Assembly (NCBI GenBank): GCA_026413885.1
Contig: JAOAKA010000001.1
Span: forward strand, 374,075-438,074
Source of the DNA: Sulfolobales archaeon
GTDB lineage: Archaea > Thermoproteota > Thermoprotei_A > Sulfolobales > NBVN01
Reading direction: 5' to 3'
DNA length: 64,000 nucleotides
Of this stretch, positions 56,721 through 64,000 are shown piece after piece. The notes under the pieces are model-generated. The model ran no database searches. It saw only the letters and a program-made list of their open reading frames with translations, and had not been told where the DNA came from. Made by a program: the position numbers and the translations under genes. Within the stretch, counting starts at the first letter, position 1. Every line of letters begins with the position of its first letter.

Positions 56721-58789
56721 AAGTCCCTCTAGTAACTAGAGTAGTGAGGTTAAGTGAGGTACTCAGAGAGCTCGGTGCTGTCGAGAAAGTAGAGCTAGCA
56801 GGGAGTACTTCGGGGAAACCAGTACTTAAAATTTCCAGTGGTAACTCCATCTACATCTACACTCTAACTGAAGAACCTCGTAGAGTAGTATCTTTTAGTA
56901 CCTCAAGTAAGGCTCTAAAGATAGGTGACATCTCTATTGAGCGTGAAAATCGTGAGGTAATGCTTAGCTTTGGAGGTAGAGTATTTAGAGGTATCGGCTT
57001 TATCGATATCTACGGCACGTCTATCTACGTGGCTGCGTGTAGTAGAAGCAAGTGTGTCACCGGCGTACTAGACTTAGTTGACGGATTAACGAAGCTGTAT
57101 AGCTTAGATATGCCGGAGCTGCGCTTACTTGATTTAAGAAGCACTAGCATTAGTATAGGTTATGGAGGCTTCTCAATAAGCAGTAAGTCGGTGACTATAT
57201 CTGCATCAGTAAGCAGTGTTGAAGTGCTTCCAGGTTTCTTTAGATATATCGCTAGCTGCGCCTCAGGTGACTACTTAATAGATAGAGATAGCTTCTTAGT
57301 TAGAGTTAGGAAGAACTCTCTAGACATATTGGGAAGAGTAAACGAGGTTATTTCAGCTGCCTGTGTGAGTGACGGTATAGCTATCGCCGATAGAGAGGGG
57401 TTGAAGATCGTGAGATATGGAGCATACACAAATGTTATGAGAGAAGCTATTAGAGAGGTATCGTCCCATAGAGACATAATCTCTATAGTCAGTAAATCAG
57501 GGTTAGTCAAAGTTTTAAGCAGAAAGAACGCGTACACACTGGATTCTCCAGCGCTAAAGTCGTGCAAATTAACAACAGAAGGTCTCGCCTGTCTTACTGA
57601 GGACTCCGTAATTTTTCTGGACCCTGAAACTCTTATCGACGTAGTGGCTGAAGTCCACATAGATAGTGAGAGTGGTTTAGTAGAGCTAGTTGCTCAACCG
57701 TGGTTTGAGCAGTGCCACTATTTAATTACACCAAAAATCGTAGCCGTACTTAGAGAAGAAGTAGTTAGCGGAGTGCTTCACGCCAAACTCTACCCGAAGG
57801 TCCTAGGGTGGGAGGGATATGTTAGAGCTATTGTCGAATGTCCGACATACAGCAGGAGTATTGAGGAATTCGCTAAATTCGGTAGAATTGAGCTCGATGA
57901 ACTCACCGAGAAGCTCGTTACTATAGCTAGGTTCGGGAGAGTGTTTGGAAGCAAGAACAGCAACTGTGTAGGCAGACTTAAACTCAGGCTGAGGAGTAGA
58001 TTTCCAGTTCAGATCCCTTTCGAGGTGAGATTCGAAGGAGTTGAAGATATTGATGTGAAAATTAGCAGTACTTTCGTGGATCCTGGTCTCAGTGATTTCA
58101 CTATTAGGTTTACTGGAAGGTGCTCAGAAAATAGAGGTGTATACACTAAGTTAGTTGCAGCTTCCGGGTTGGTTGAACCAGAAGAAATAGCTTCAGTCTA
58201 TATAGATCCCAGAGAATTTAGAGTGATAGACCGGAGCTACCACAACGATGTTGAAATAGTAGATAGCGAATATAGTACTACGATTAAAGCATTAGGTGGA
58301 AACCTAAAGCTCTACTGCTTGAATGGAGAGAGATTTGAGGGTGGGGACAGTCTTCTAGTGAAGAATTGTGAAGAACCAGCTCTTCTTGAAGTAGTTAAGA
58401 CAGATGCTGTAGATAGTGAGTTATTTGAATTTAGCTTAAGTAGAATACTTAGAGGAACTGTTCAGAAGTGTTTTTCTGAAGCAGTTAATGAGAGAGCTGT
58501 TAGTGGAGGTTTCTACGCAGACTGCTCTAGATATGAAACAACTTCGAATAAAGACTTAGACATGAAAATCGAGTATAGCAACAACTATAAAGTTGCTACC
58601 TACTTAGGTGGAAGTAAGCTATCTGAAGCAGAGCTAGATCCAGTCTACATGCTGACGGGAATCTCAGTTGATTTAGGAGTCGGTAGAGTTAGGTTACACT
58701 GGAGAGAGCTAGTAGAACTATCGACTAAGACAGCTCTAGCTATAGGTAAATACTTGAGGGGGGTCATCCTTGAGAAATATGGTAGTTGA
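56717..58789 (+). CDS. hypothetical protein (690 aa), operon-specific orphan
   Basis: Long intact ORF with a GTGA start/stop overlap onto the upstream gene. No TM helix or signal peptide is evident, and no motif was recognised. Confidence 0.6.
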   Translation: MKVPLVTRVVRLSEVLRELGAVEKVELAGSTSGKPVLKISSGNSIYIYTLTEEPRRVVSFSTSSKALKIGDISIERENREVMLSFGGRVFRGIGFIDIYGTSIYVAACSRSKCVTGVLDLVDGLTKLYSLDMPELRLLDLRSTSISIGYGGFSISSKSVTISASVSSVEVLPGFFRYIASCASGDYLIDRDSFLVRVRKNSLDILGRVNEVISAACVSDGIAIADREGLKIVRYGAYTNVMREAIREVSSHRDIISIVSKSGLVKVLSRKNAYTLDSPALKSCKLTTEGLACLTEDSVIFLDPETLIDVVAEVHIDSESGLVELVAQPWFEQCHYLITPKIVAVLREEVVSGVLHAKLYPKVLGWEGYVRAIVECPTYSRSIEEFAKFGRIELDELTEKLVTIARFGRVFGSKNSNCVGRLKLRLRSRFPVQIPFEVRFEGVEDIDVKISSTFVDPGLSDFTIRFTGRCSENRGVYTKLVAASGLVEPEEIASVYIDPREFRVIDRSYHNDVEIVDSEYSTTIKALGGNLKLYCLNGERFEGGDSLLVKNCEEPALLEVVKTDAVDSELFEFSLSRILRGTVQKCFSEAVNERAVSGGFYADCSRYETTSNKDLDMKIEYSNNYKVATYLGGSKLSEAELDPVYMLTGISVDLGVGRVRLHWRELVELSTKTALAIGKYLRGVILEKYGS

Positions 58790-60470
58790 GTTTAGAGACG
58801 GTTATCTCGTTATTAGAAAAAACTCAGAAGTCTGTGTTAAAGGGTTTACTAAAGTAGTTAACGTTAGTACAGCTATACAGGACTTAGATGACTATACATC
58901 GGTAAAGTACATCAAGACTTATATAAACTCACTTAATTTAGGGTTTCCCCTAGAATTTCACACCGTAGTTAAGCCTGTAGATAGAGTTGCGTTTATTAAA
59001 AACTTAGAGAGAGCTATAGTCGATAACACTATAGTATATGAAGTAAATCAATTCAGAGTCGACAGCAAGGTGAGAGCGGAGAGAGCTAGATTTATAAGAA
59101 ATAGAGTGCTCAAAGACTCTCTACAGCCCTTCGAAATAGAGGTCTTCATTACTGCTTCAGCCTGCAGTGAGGAGTTTGTAAGTGCTCTAGAAACACTGAA
59201 GACCAGACTGAGGATTCTGAAAAGCGCTCTAAACTCTCTGGGAGTCGATATCGAGAAAGTAAATGCGGAGAAAGCTTCTTTTAAACTACTTGCTGTTGAG
59301 CTACAGCTGAGGAGACAGAGTGCTTTCAGTAGGTTAGTAGATAGATTTAGAAGAAGACTTACTGTAGCTGATTTAGTTTCTCTCCCACTATTTACATTCA
59401 TCCCCTTACTGGGTAGAGCTAAGTTCGCCCTCAGGTCGTCTGGAGTTAGATTAGGGATAGATCTAGAGAGTGGTGAGGAAGTCTATTGGAATATCGATGA
59501 GTCAACGTCACCTCATATACTGGTGGTTGGACCATCTGGAATAGGTAAGACCACCTTTCTAGCTGAGCTATCTACATCTATCAGTAGAATCGGTATTGGA
59601 GTATTAGTTGTAGACCCGAAGAATGAATATAGAAAATTCTTTGAGTCCAGCGGCGTAGAGGTGTCTCACTACACTCTAGGTAGGAGTATATCGATCGGAT
59701 TAACAGAGATTTTGAAGACTCTCGGCAGCTCTTCGAGTAGAGATATCGCAGAAGTTTTACTGGACATACTTTCGACACATCGAGAACTCGGTAAAAAAGA
59801 GGTTTTCTCGTGTCTCTACTCAACCCTCAGCAGTCTTAATGCTATTTCTGAAGGTGGAGACTCGGAGTTCATAAACTTATTGAAGAGAATGACTAGATAC
59901 TGCTCTGAAGAGTATTCAGAGTACGTCACAAATAAAGTCTTAACCACACTAGCAACAGTATCAGCTAGCGAGTATAGTCTAGCTAAATTAATTAGAGAGC
60001 TTAATAAGATATCTGTTGTCGATATTTCAACAGCTCTCTCTATAGATCCTTCTATACTACCGCTACTCTTAAAAGTAGTTTCAGTAGCTATTAGAACTTC
60101 TGGGAGAACTTCACTAAAGAAACATAAGTACTGGAGAATGCTTGTAGTAGATGAAGCTTGGACTATTCTAAGAGATAACTCACTTACGGCTGTGGAGGAA
60201 TTAGTTAGAGTTGGGAGGAGCTTCGGTACTATTGTAGCACTAGCTACTCAAGCCGTGAGAGATTTTACTAAGGCGCTAGGACCACTAGTAGATAATCTAG
60301 GACTACTAGTAGTACTACCATCAACTAGTGCTGAGTACTGGGAAGAAGTAAATAGAATGCTTAAAGTAAGCAGTGAGCGAGTAGAGAAAGCGAGATCTCT
60401 CGGAAGAGGATACGCTCTCGTAAGAATAGCCCCGGACCCCAGGGCTACTTTAATTAAACTAGCTCTATAG
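58770..60470 (+). CDS. VirB4/HerA-type (DUF87, FtsK-HerA superfamily) ATPase
   Basis: Walker A VVGPSGIGKTTFL, Walker B MLVVDEAWTIL, then RSFGTIVALATQ, which is typical of VirB4/TrbE/CedB-like ATPases. It overlaps the upstream gene by 20 nt. Confidence 0.7.
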   Translation: MRNMVVEFRDGYLVIRKNSEVCVKGFTKVVNVSTAIQDLDDYTSVKYIKTYINSLNLGFPLEFHTVVKPVDRVAFIKNLERAIVDNTIVYEVNQFRVDSKVRAERARFIRNRVLKDSLQPFEIEVFITASACSEEFVSALETLKTRLRILKSALNSLGVDIEKVNAEKASFKLLAVELQLRRQSAFSRLVDRFRRRLTVADLVSLPLFTFIPLLGRAKFALRSSGVRLGIDLESGEEVYWNIDESTSPHILVVGPSGIGKTTFLAELSTSISRIGIGVLVVDPKNEYRKFFESSGVEVSHYTLGRSISIGLTEILKTLGSSSSRDIAEVLLDILSTHRELGKKEVFSCLYSTLSSLNAISEGGDSEFINLLKRMTRYCSEEYSEYVTNKVLTTLATVSASEYSLAKLIRELNKISVVDISTALSIDPSILPLLLKVVSVAIRTSGRTSLKKHKYWRMLVVDEAWTILRDNSLTAVEELVRVGRSFGTIVALATQAVRDFTKALGPLVDNLGLLVVLPSTSAEYWEEVNRMLKVSSERVEKARSLGRGYALVRIAPDPRATLIKLAL

Positions 60471-60628
60471 CTAAAAACTAAAACCACTACGGAAAACACT
60501 GAGTAGACTGCGGTAAAATCACATATCTACTGCTTACCTTAGTAGCTGATATCGAGATAGTATAGTTACTAGAGACTCGGAGCGTGAGAAGTAAAAGATA
60601 TAAGGCTTCAGTGATTTAAACCAGTGGT

Positions 60629-60705
60629 GCCGGGGTAGCTCAGCCAGGTAGAGCGCCGGGCTGTTAACCCGGTGGTCGGAGGTTCGAGTCCTCCCCCCGG
60701 CGCCA
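60629..60705 (+). tRNA. tRNA-Asn (anticodon GUU), CCA encoded
   Basis: Hand fold: acceptor GCCGGGG/CCCCGGC, anticodon stem CCGGG/CCCGG with loop CTGTTAA, T arm GGAGG-TTCGAGT-CCTCC, discriminator G. Confidence 0.9.
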
Positions 60706-60804
60706 TTTAACTAATGAAATTCACAGAACTCGAAGTTGAAGAAGGCTTTCAGAGAATTTTAAATTAAAAATGAGTTAAAAGTCTATAACTTAAGCTAAGC
60801 TGTG

Positions 60805-60984
60805 TTAAGCTGGGTAGTCTTCCGGAACTTTAGCTCTAAAGTACTTCCCACTCGGGCTCTTGAAGAGTCCTATTTTAACTCCTTTCCTCCCCTTGGGAGC
60901 TAGAGTCCAGATTTTCTCTGGAACTAACTCTAGTTCCTGTCCTGTGTGTGGGTCTTTTACCTTGACGGGATGTTTCTTGCTCAT
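60805..60984 (-). CDS. cren7: chromatin protein Cren7
   Basis: Manual translation gives [59 protein letters not shown] (59 aa). It is below the ORF-track threshold and matches the Cren7 family core motif [14 protein letters not shown]. Confidence 0.9.
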   Translation of the reverse strand: MSKKHPVKVKDPHTGQELELVPEKIWTLAPKGRKGVKIGLFKSPSGKYFRAKVPEDYPA

Positions 60985-61229
60985 GTATTTTCACCATTGC
61001 TACATGAATTGCGGCGTTATTAAACTTTACATAACTACTTCAGACTGAGACCCGGGGTTTACATGAGTTTTATATCAAATTCTATTTGAAGGTTTACATC
61101 AAAGTTGGCTCGGGATGTATTTAGAGTTCTATACTATTGTCGGATATACTTTTCTTTAGTTATTGAAAAAGCTGATGGTGTCAAGGTGATGTACTACCTA
61201 TTCATAGTGAATTATTCTAGAACAGTGAA

Positions 61230-61781
61230 CTATAGAAATTCACTAAGTCTTCTGAGTACTATACGTGCATCACTGAAGAGCTCTACTCTAGTCTCAACTA
61301 ATCTTCGATCTAGTTTAAGCTTCCGGTTCTTAACGAGGTTCCCGAGCTTTCTTAAGGCCTCTAAATCTTCATCTCTTCCAGCAACTGCTTTTAGAACTAC
61401 ATAGTCTTCTACTCTGATAGCTCTCACAGTAGTTCCTAGAATATCGTATGAAATAGCTTCATCAACTACTTCGCTCGGTATGTAGAAGTCGTGGAGATTC
61501 TCGAAGAAGTCTACAGTTACTTCTTCACCATCAATAAAGCAGGTCATGCTCGGAGTGCCGAGCCAGGTTGATCCAAGTATGCAGCCGTACTCTCTAGTAA
61601 ATTCTTCTAAGACACTGTAGCTAGCTAGTATCGACATAGATGTTACTAGGAGGTCTATATCTCCCTCGAAACTCTCTCTTCCAGTAGCTAGCTCAACAGA
61701 GGTACTACCTATTACTACACCATCTACACCCACTTTTCTCAACGTATCTATAATCCTACCCAACACTCTCTTTGAAAACAC
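61230..61781 (-). CDS. nucleotidyltransferase-fold protein (Pol-beta superfamily)
   Basis: GSTSVELATG...EGDIDLLV matches the GS-x(n)-D.D NTase signature. 183 aa. Confidence 0.55.
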   Translation of the reverse strand: MFSKRVLGRIIDTLRKVGVDGVVIGSTSVELATGRESFEGDIDLLVTSMSILASYSVLEEFTREYGCILGSTWLGTPSMTCFIDGEEVTVDFFENLHDFYIPSEVVDEAISYDILGTTVRAIRVEDYVVLKAVAGRDEDLEALRKLGNLVKNRKLKLDRRLVETRVELFSDARIVLRRLSEFL

Positions 61782-61936
61782 CGGCCCACCTGGGTGTGTA
61801 TTTCACAACTAACTTATAAGATAGTGGAAGTTGAAGTATATGAAGATGGGTAGAAATCTTCTGAAGGTAGTTGAGTGACACAATAAATCTCTTTCCTTAT
61901 AGGCCGTATTTCCCTCATACTGTGTGGGGTGTGTAA

Positions 61937-62104
61937 CTACTTCTTTACTCCTATTCGCTTCTTTTTCGGTCTCAGGTTTCTACTTCTACACCTTCTACAT
62001 TTAACTGCTCCAGGAGGATTTCTAGCTCCACACTTTCTACACACTAACTTATTCAGCAATCTGTTTTCAACTATTTTTAGGAGTACTGGATCGGTGATCG
62101 GCAT
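61937..62104 (-). CDS. rpl40e: 50S ribosomal protein L40e
   Basis: Manual translation gives [55 protein letters not shown] (55 aa). It has the C4 ribbon and the L40e N-terminus, with a TTTTTAAG TATA box about 30 nt upstream. Confidence 0.9.
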   Translation of the reverse strand: MPITDPVLLKIVENRLLNKLVCRKCGARNPPGAVKCRRCRSRNLRPKKKRIGVKK

Positions 62105-62187
62105 TGAGTACCCCTACTAGTGAGGAACGCATACTTAAAAATTTGAGATTAAAATATGTTTCGGATAGAACGTAGAGATGGTAGAAA

Positions 62188-62709
62188 TTGAAAATACCTC
62201 TAGACCAGCTATGCGTAAGGTCTGGAGTACTGTGTCCCAGATGTGAAGCACTAGTTAAAAGCAGTGCGATCACAGAGCTGGATCTAGAGGTAATGAAGGT
62301 ACTCCTCAAAACTGAGTCAATCCCAGACTACAAGTTCTTGAGGGACTCTGAGTACATTAGATCTGTAAATCTCGGAAGTGTTTTAATAGTACAGCTTAAT
62401 ACACCATCTATCGGTGTCGATCAGAGGTCTCTCGTTAAGCTATCCAAACACCTAGAGAGCTACTTTAAAACTCGCGTGAGAGTAGTAGACGCGAAAAATG
62501 CTAGCACTAAAGACTTAGTTAGAAACATAATTCAGCCGGCTAGAGTTCTAGGAGTAAATACACTCTGGTTACCGGACGGCTCTATGGAGTATGTTGTTAG
62601 AATACCTAGAACAGACCTCAAACACCTTCCAGCATCTCAGGAAGACATTGAATATCTTCTATCTCAAATAGTTGGAGCAAATGTGAGAATAAGGGTGATG
62701 GAGAGTTGA
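62188..62709 (+). CDS. NusA-like KH-domain protein with an N-terminal Cys motif
   Basis: 173 aa, TTG start, N-terminal C..SGVLCPRC. The body resembles the short archaeal NusA-like proteins. The assignment is from memory only. Confidence 0.45.
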   Translation: MKIPLDQLCVRSGVLCPRCEALVKSSAITELDLEVMKVLLKTESIPDYKFLRDSEYIRSVNLGSVLIVQLNTPSIGVDQRSLVKLSKHLESYFKTRVRVVDAKNASTKDLVRNIIQPARVLGVNTLWLPDGSMEYVVRIPRTDLKHLPASQEDIEYLLSQIVGANVRIRVMES

Positions 62710-64000
62710 GTAGATATAGAACACACCTCTCTTCGGAGCTTGGACCACACTTAGACGGTACTAAAGTTATTGTAGCTGGTTGGATCCACGCAAAAAGGGA
62801 CTTGGGAGGTAAGAAGTTCCTGCTTTTAAGAGATAAGGACGGAGTCATGCAGATAGTTATAGATAGAGAGCAGAAAGACCTAGCCGAAGCATTCTACACA
62901 CTCTCGTTAGAGTCGACAATATCGGTGGTAGGTAGGGTAAGAGCCGACTCGAGAGCACCGGGAGGATTTGAGGTGGTGCCGAGTAGTATAGTGATTCACA
63001 GTCTAGCTAAAGCCCCCCTACCAATAGACGTTAGCGGTAAGGTTCCAGCAGATATAGATACTAGGTTCAGAGAGAGAGTTCTAGACTTAAGAAGAGATGA
63101 AGGCAGAGCTACATTTAAAATACTCTCAATAGCTCTTAGAGCAATAAGAGAAGAGCTATACAACATGGGATTTATAGAGATTTTCACACCGAAGATAGTT
63201 GCGGCAGCGACTGAGGGTGGAGCAGCTCTCTTCCCGGTAGCTTACTTCGGTCGGGAAGCTTATCTAGCTCAGAGCCCCCAGCTCTATAAGGAGCTACTAG
63301 CAGGTGCGTTTGAGAGAGTTTTTGAGATAGCTCCCGCGTGGAGAGCTGAGGAATCAGATACTCCATACCATCTCTCGGAGTTCATATCTGTTGATATAGA
63401 GATGGCTTTCACAAACTACGAAGGTGTGATGAATGTTTTAGAGCGTGTTGTAGCTAGAGTAGTTAAAGATGTTAGAGAGCTAGCTGGTAGAGAGCTAAAG
63501 CTGTTAAACCACGAGCTGCAAGAGGTCAAATTACCTATTAAGAGGATTAAGTATTCTGATGCTGTTAGAGTTCTAGCTGAGAGTGGTGAGAAGATAGAGC
63601 TGGGTGAGGACCTATCCACACCTCACTTAAAAAAGCTATCTGAATTGATAGAGGAGGATGTCTACTTCATAGTGGACTGGCCCGATAAGGCGAGACCATT
63701 CTACACGATGCCTAAGGAAGATGGAGTCTTTAGTGAGTCATTTGACTTTGTGTGGAACTACCTAGAGATAGCTTCTGGAAGCACTAGAGTACACAGAAAG
63801 GAACTACTAGTTAAGAGACTGGAAGAGAGAGGATTAAACCCAGAGAACTTTAGCTTCTTCTTAAAGTGGTTTGACTACGGAATGCCTCCGCATGCTGGAT
63901 GGGGCATGGGGCTAGCTAGACTAGGTGTAATGCTTACTGGAGCTAAGAATGTTAGAGAACTCACAGCTTTTCCGAGAGATAAGAAGAGACTTGTACCGTA
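62706..64000 (+). CDS. aspS: aspartyl-tRNA synthetase, archaeal type (3' end runs off the window)
   Basis: The frame-3 translation from TTG 62706 gives an OB-fold N-domain, then class II motifs [28 protein letters not shown] and GMG..R. It is open to the window edge and overlaps the previous stop (TTGA). Confidence 0.9.
   Translation, partial: MSRYRTHLSSELGPHLDGTKVIVAGWIHAKRDLGGKKFLLLRDKDGVMQIVIDREQKDLAEAFYTLSLESTISVVGRVRADSRAPGGFEVVPSSIVIHSLAKAPLPIDVSGKVPADIDTRFRERVLDLRRDEGRATFKILSIALRAIREELYNMGFIEIFTPKIVAAATEGGAALFPVAYFGREAYLAQSPQLYKELLAGAFERVFEIAPAWRAEESDTPYHLSEFISVDIEMAFTNYEGVMNVLERVVARVVKDVRELAGRELKLLNHELQEVKLPIKRIKYSDAVRVLAESGEKIELGEDLSTPHLKKLSELIEEDVYFIVDWPDKARPFYTMPKEDGVFSESFDFVWNYLEIASGSTRVHRKELLVKRLEERGLNPENFSFFLKWFDYGMPPHAGWGMGLARLGVMLTGAKNVRELTAFPRDKKRLVP

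Noticed and set aside
52166-60705. The idea that the pilus/VirB4 operon is an integrated mobile element using tRNA-Asn as its attachment site.
   Set aside because: No integrase, partitioned integrase or replication gene is present. I could not find a duplicate of the tRNA-Asn 3' half near 52 kb, and flanking genes on both sides are core translation genes. This cannot be fully excluded without composition statistics.
60860-61048. A 62-aa plus-strand ORF.
   Set aside because: It is antisense to the clearly recognisable Cren7 gene.
61105-61404. A 99-aa plus-strand ORF.
   Set aside because: Its 3' part is antisense to the nucleotidyltransferase-fold gene, and it is Ser/Leu-rich and low-complexity.
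61929-62309. ORFs 61929..62120 (+) and 62067..62309 (-).
   Set aside because: They are shadows of the L40e gene and of the 5' end of the NusA-like gene respectively.
62618-63619. Minus-strand ORFs 62618..62848, 62996..63187, 63184..63366 and 63416..63619.
   Set aside because: All are antisense to the AspRS coding frame, which shows class II synthetase motifs throughout.

Overview
The window reads as a chromosomal segment of a hyperthermophilic crenarchaeon, probably Desulfurococcales-like. That assignment is inferred only from gene content: Cren7, r-proteins L13e/S30e/L40e/L44e/S27e/S17e, GatDE, TFB, the L44e-S27e-aIF2alpha-Nop10 cluster and a non-canonical tRNA intron. GC content and codon statistics were not computed. 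Most of the window is densely packed housekeeping: a Dpp/Opp peptide ABC transporter, SAH hydrolase, enolase, translation and ribosome genes, four tRNAs, TFB, tungsten AOR, a BMP-type nucleoside ABC transporter, MoaA, ABCE1 and AspRS. Three conserved genes fall below the ORF-track threshold and were recovered by manual translation: Nop10, Cren7 and L40e.

The most interesting region is a tightly overlapping five-gene operon at 52.3-60.5 kb. It encodes a class-III-signal pilin-like protein, a VirB11/FlaI-type secretion ATPase split by a 405-aa LAGLIDADG intein, a FlaJ/TadC-like polytopic membrane protein, a 690-aa orphan and a VirB4/HerA-type ATPase. A divergent wHTH gene and an inverted-repeat operator candidate sit upstream. 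I propose it as a hybrid type IV pilus / conjugation-like (Ced/Ted-like) translocation system.

Other notable items:
- a MoaD/ThiS-like ubiquitin-fold domain ending in GG fused to the KEOPS subunit Cgi121
- a stand-alone 28-codon Glu/Trp-only micro-ORF on a polypurine tract upstream of ABCE1
- a Nop10 gene with no canonical start codon
- a tRNA-Lys with a 13-nt intron inside the anticodon stem
- a truncated TFB paralogue
- a full-length TFB with a degenerate Zn ribbon
- a conserved-but-uncharacterised AroM / DUF917-like / racemase / DUF1177 / OPT cluster

No CRISPR array, rRNA, transposase or integrase was seen.
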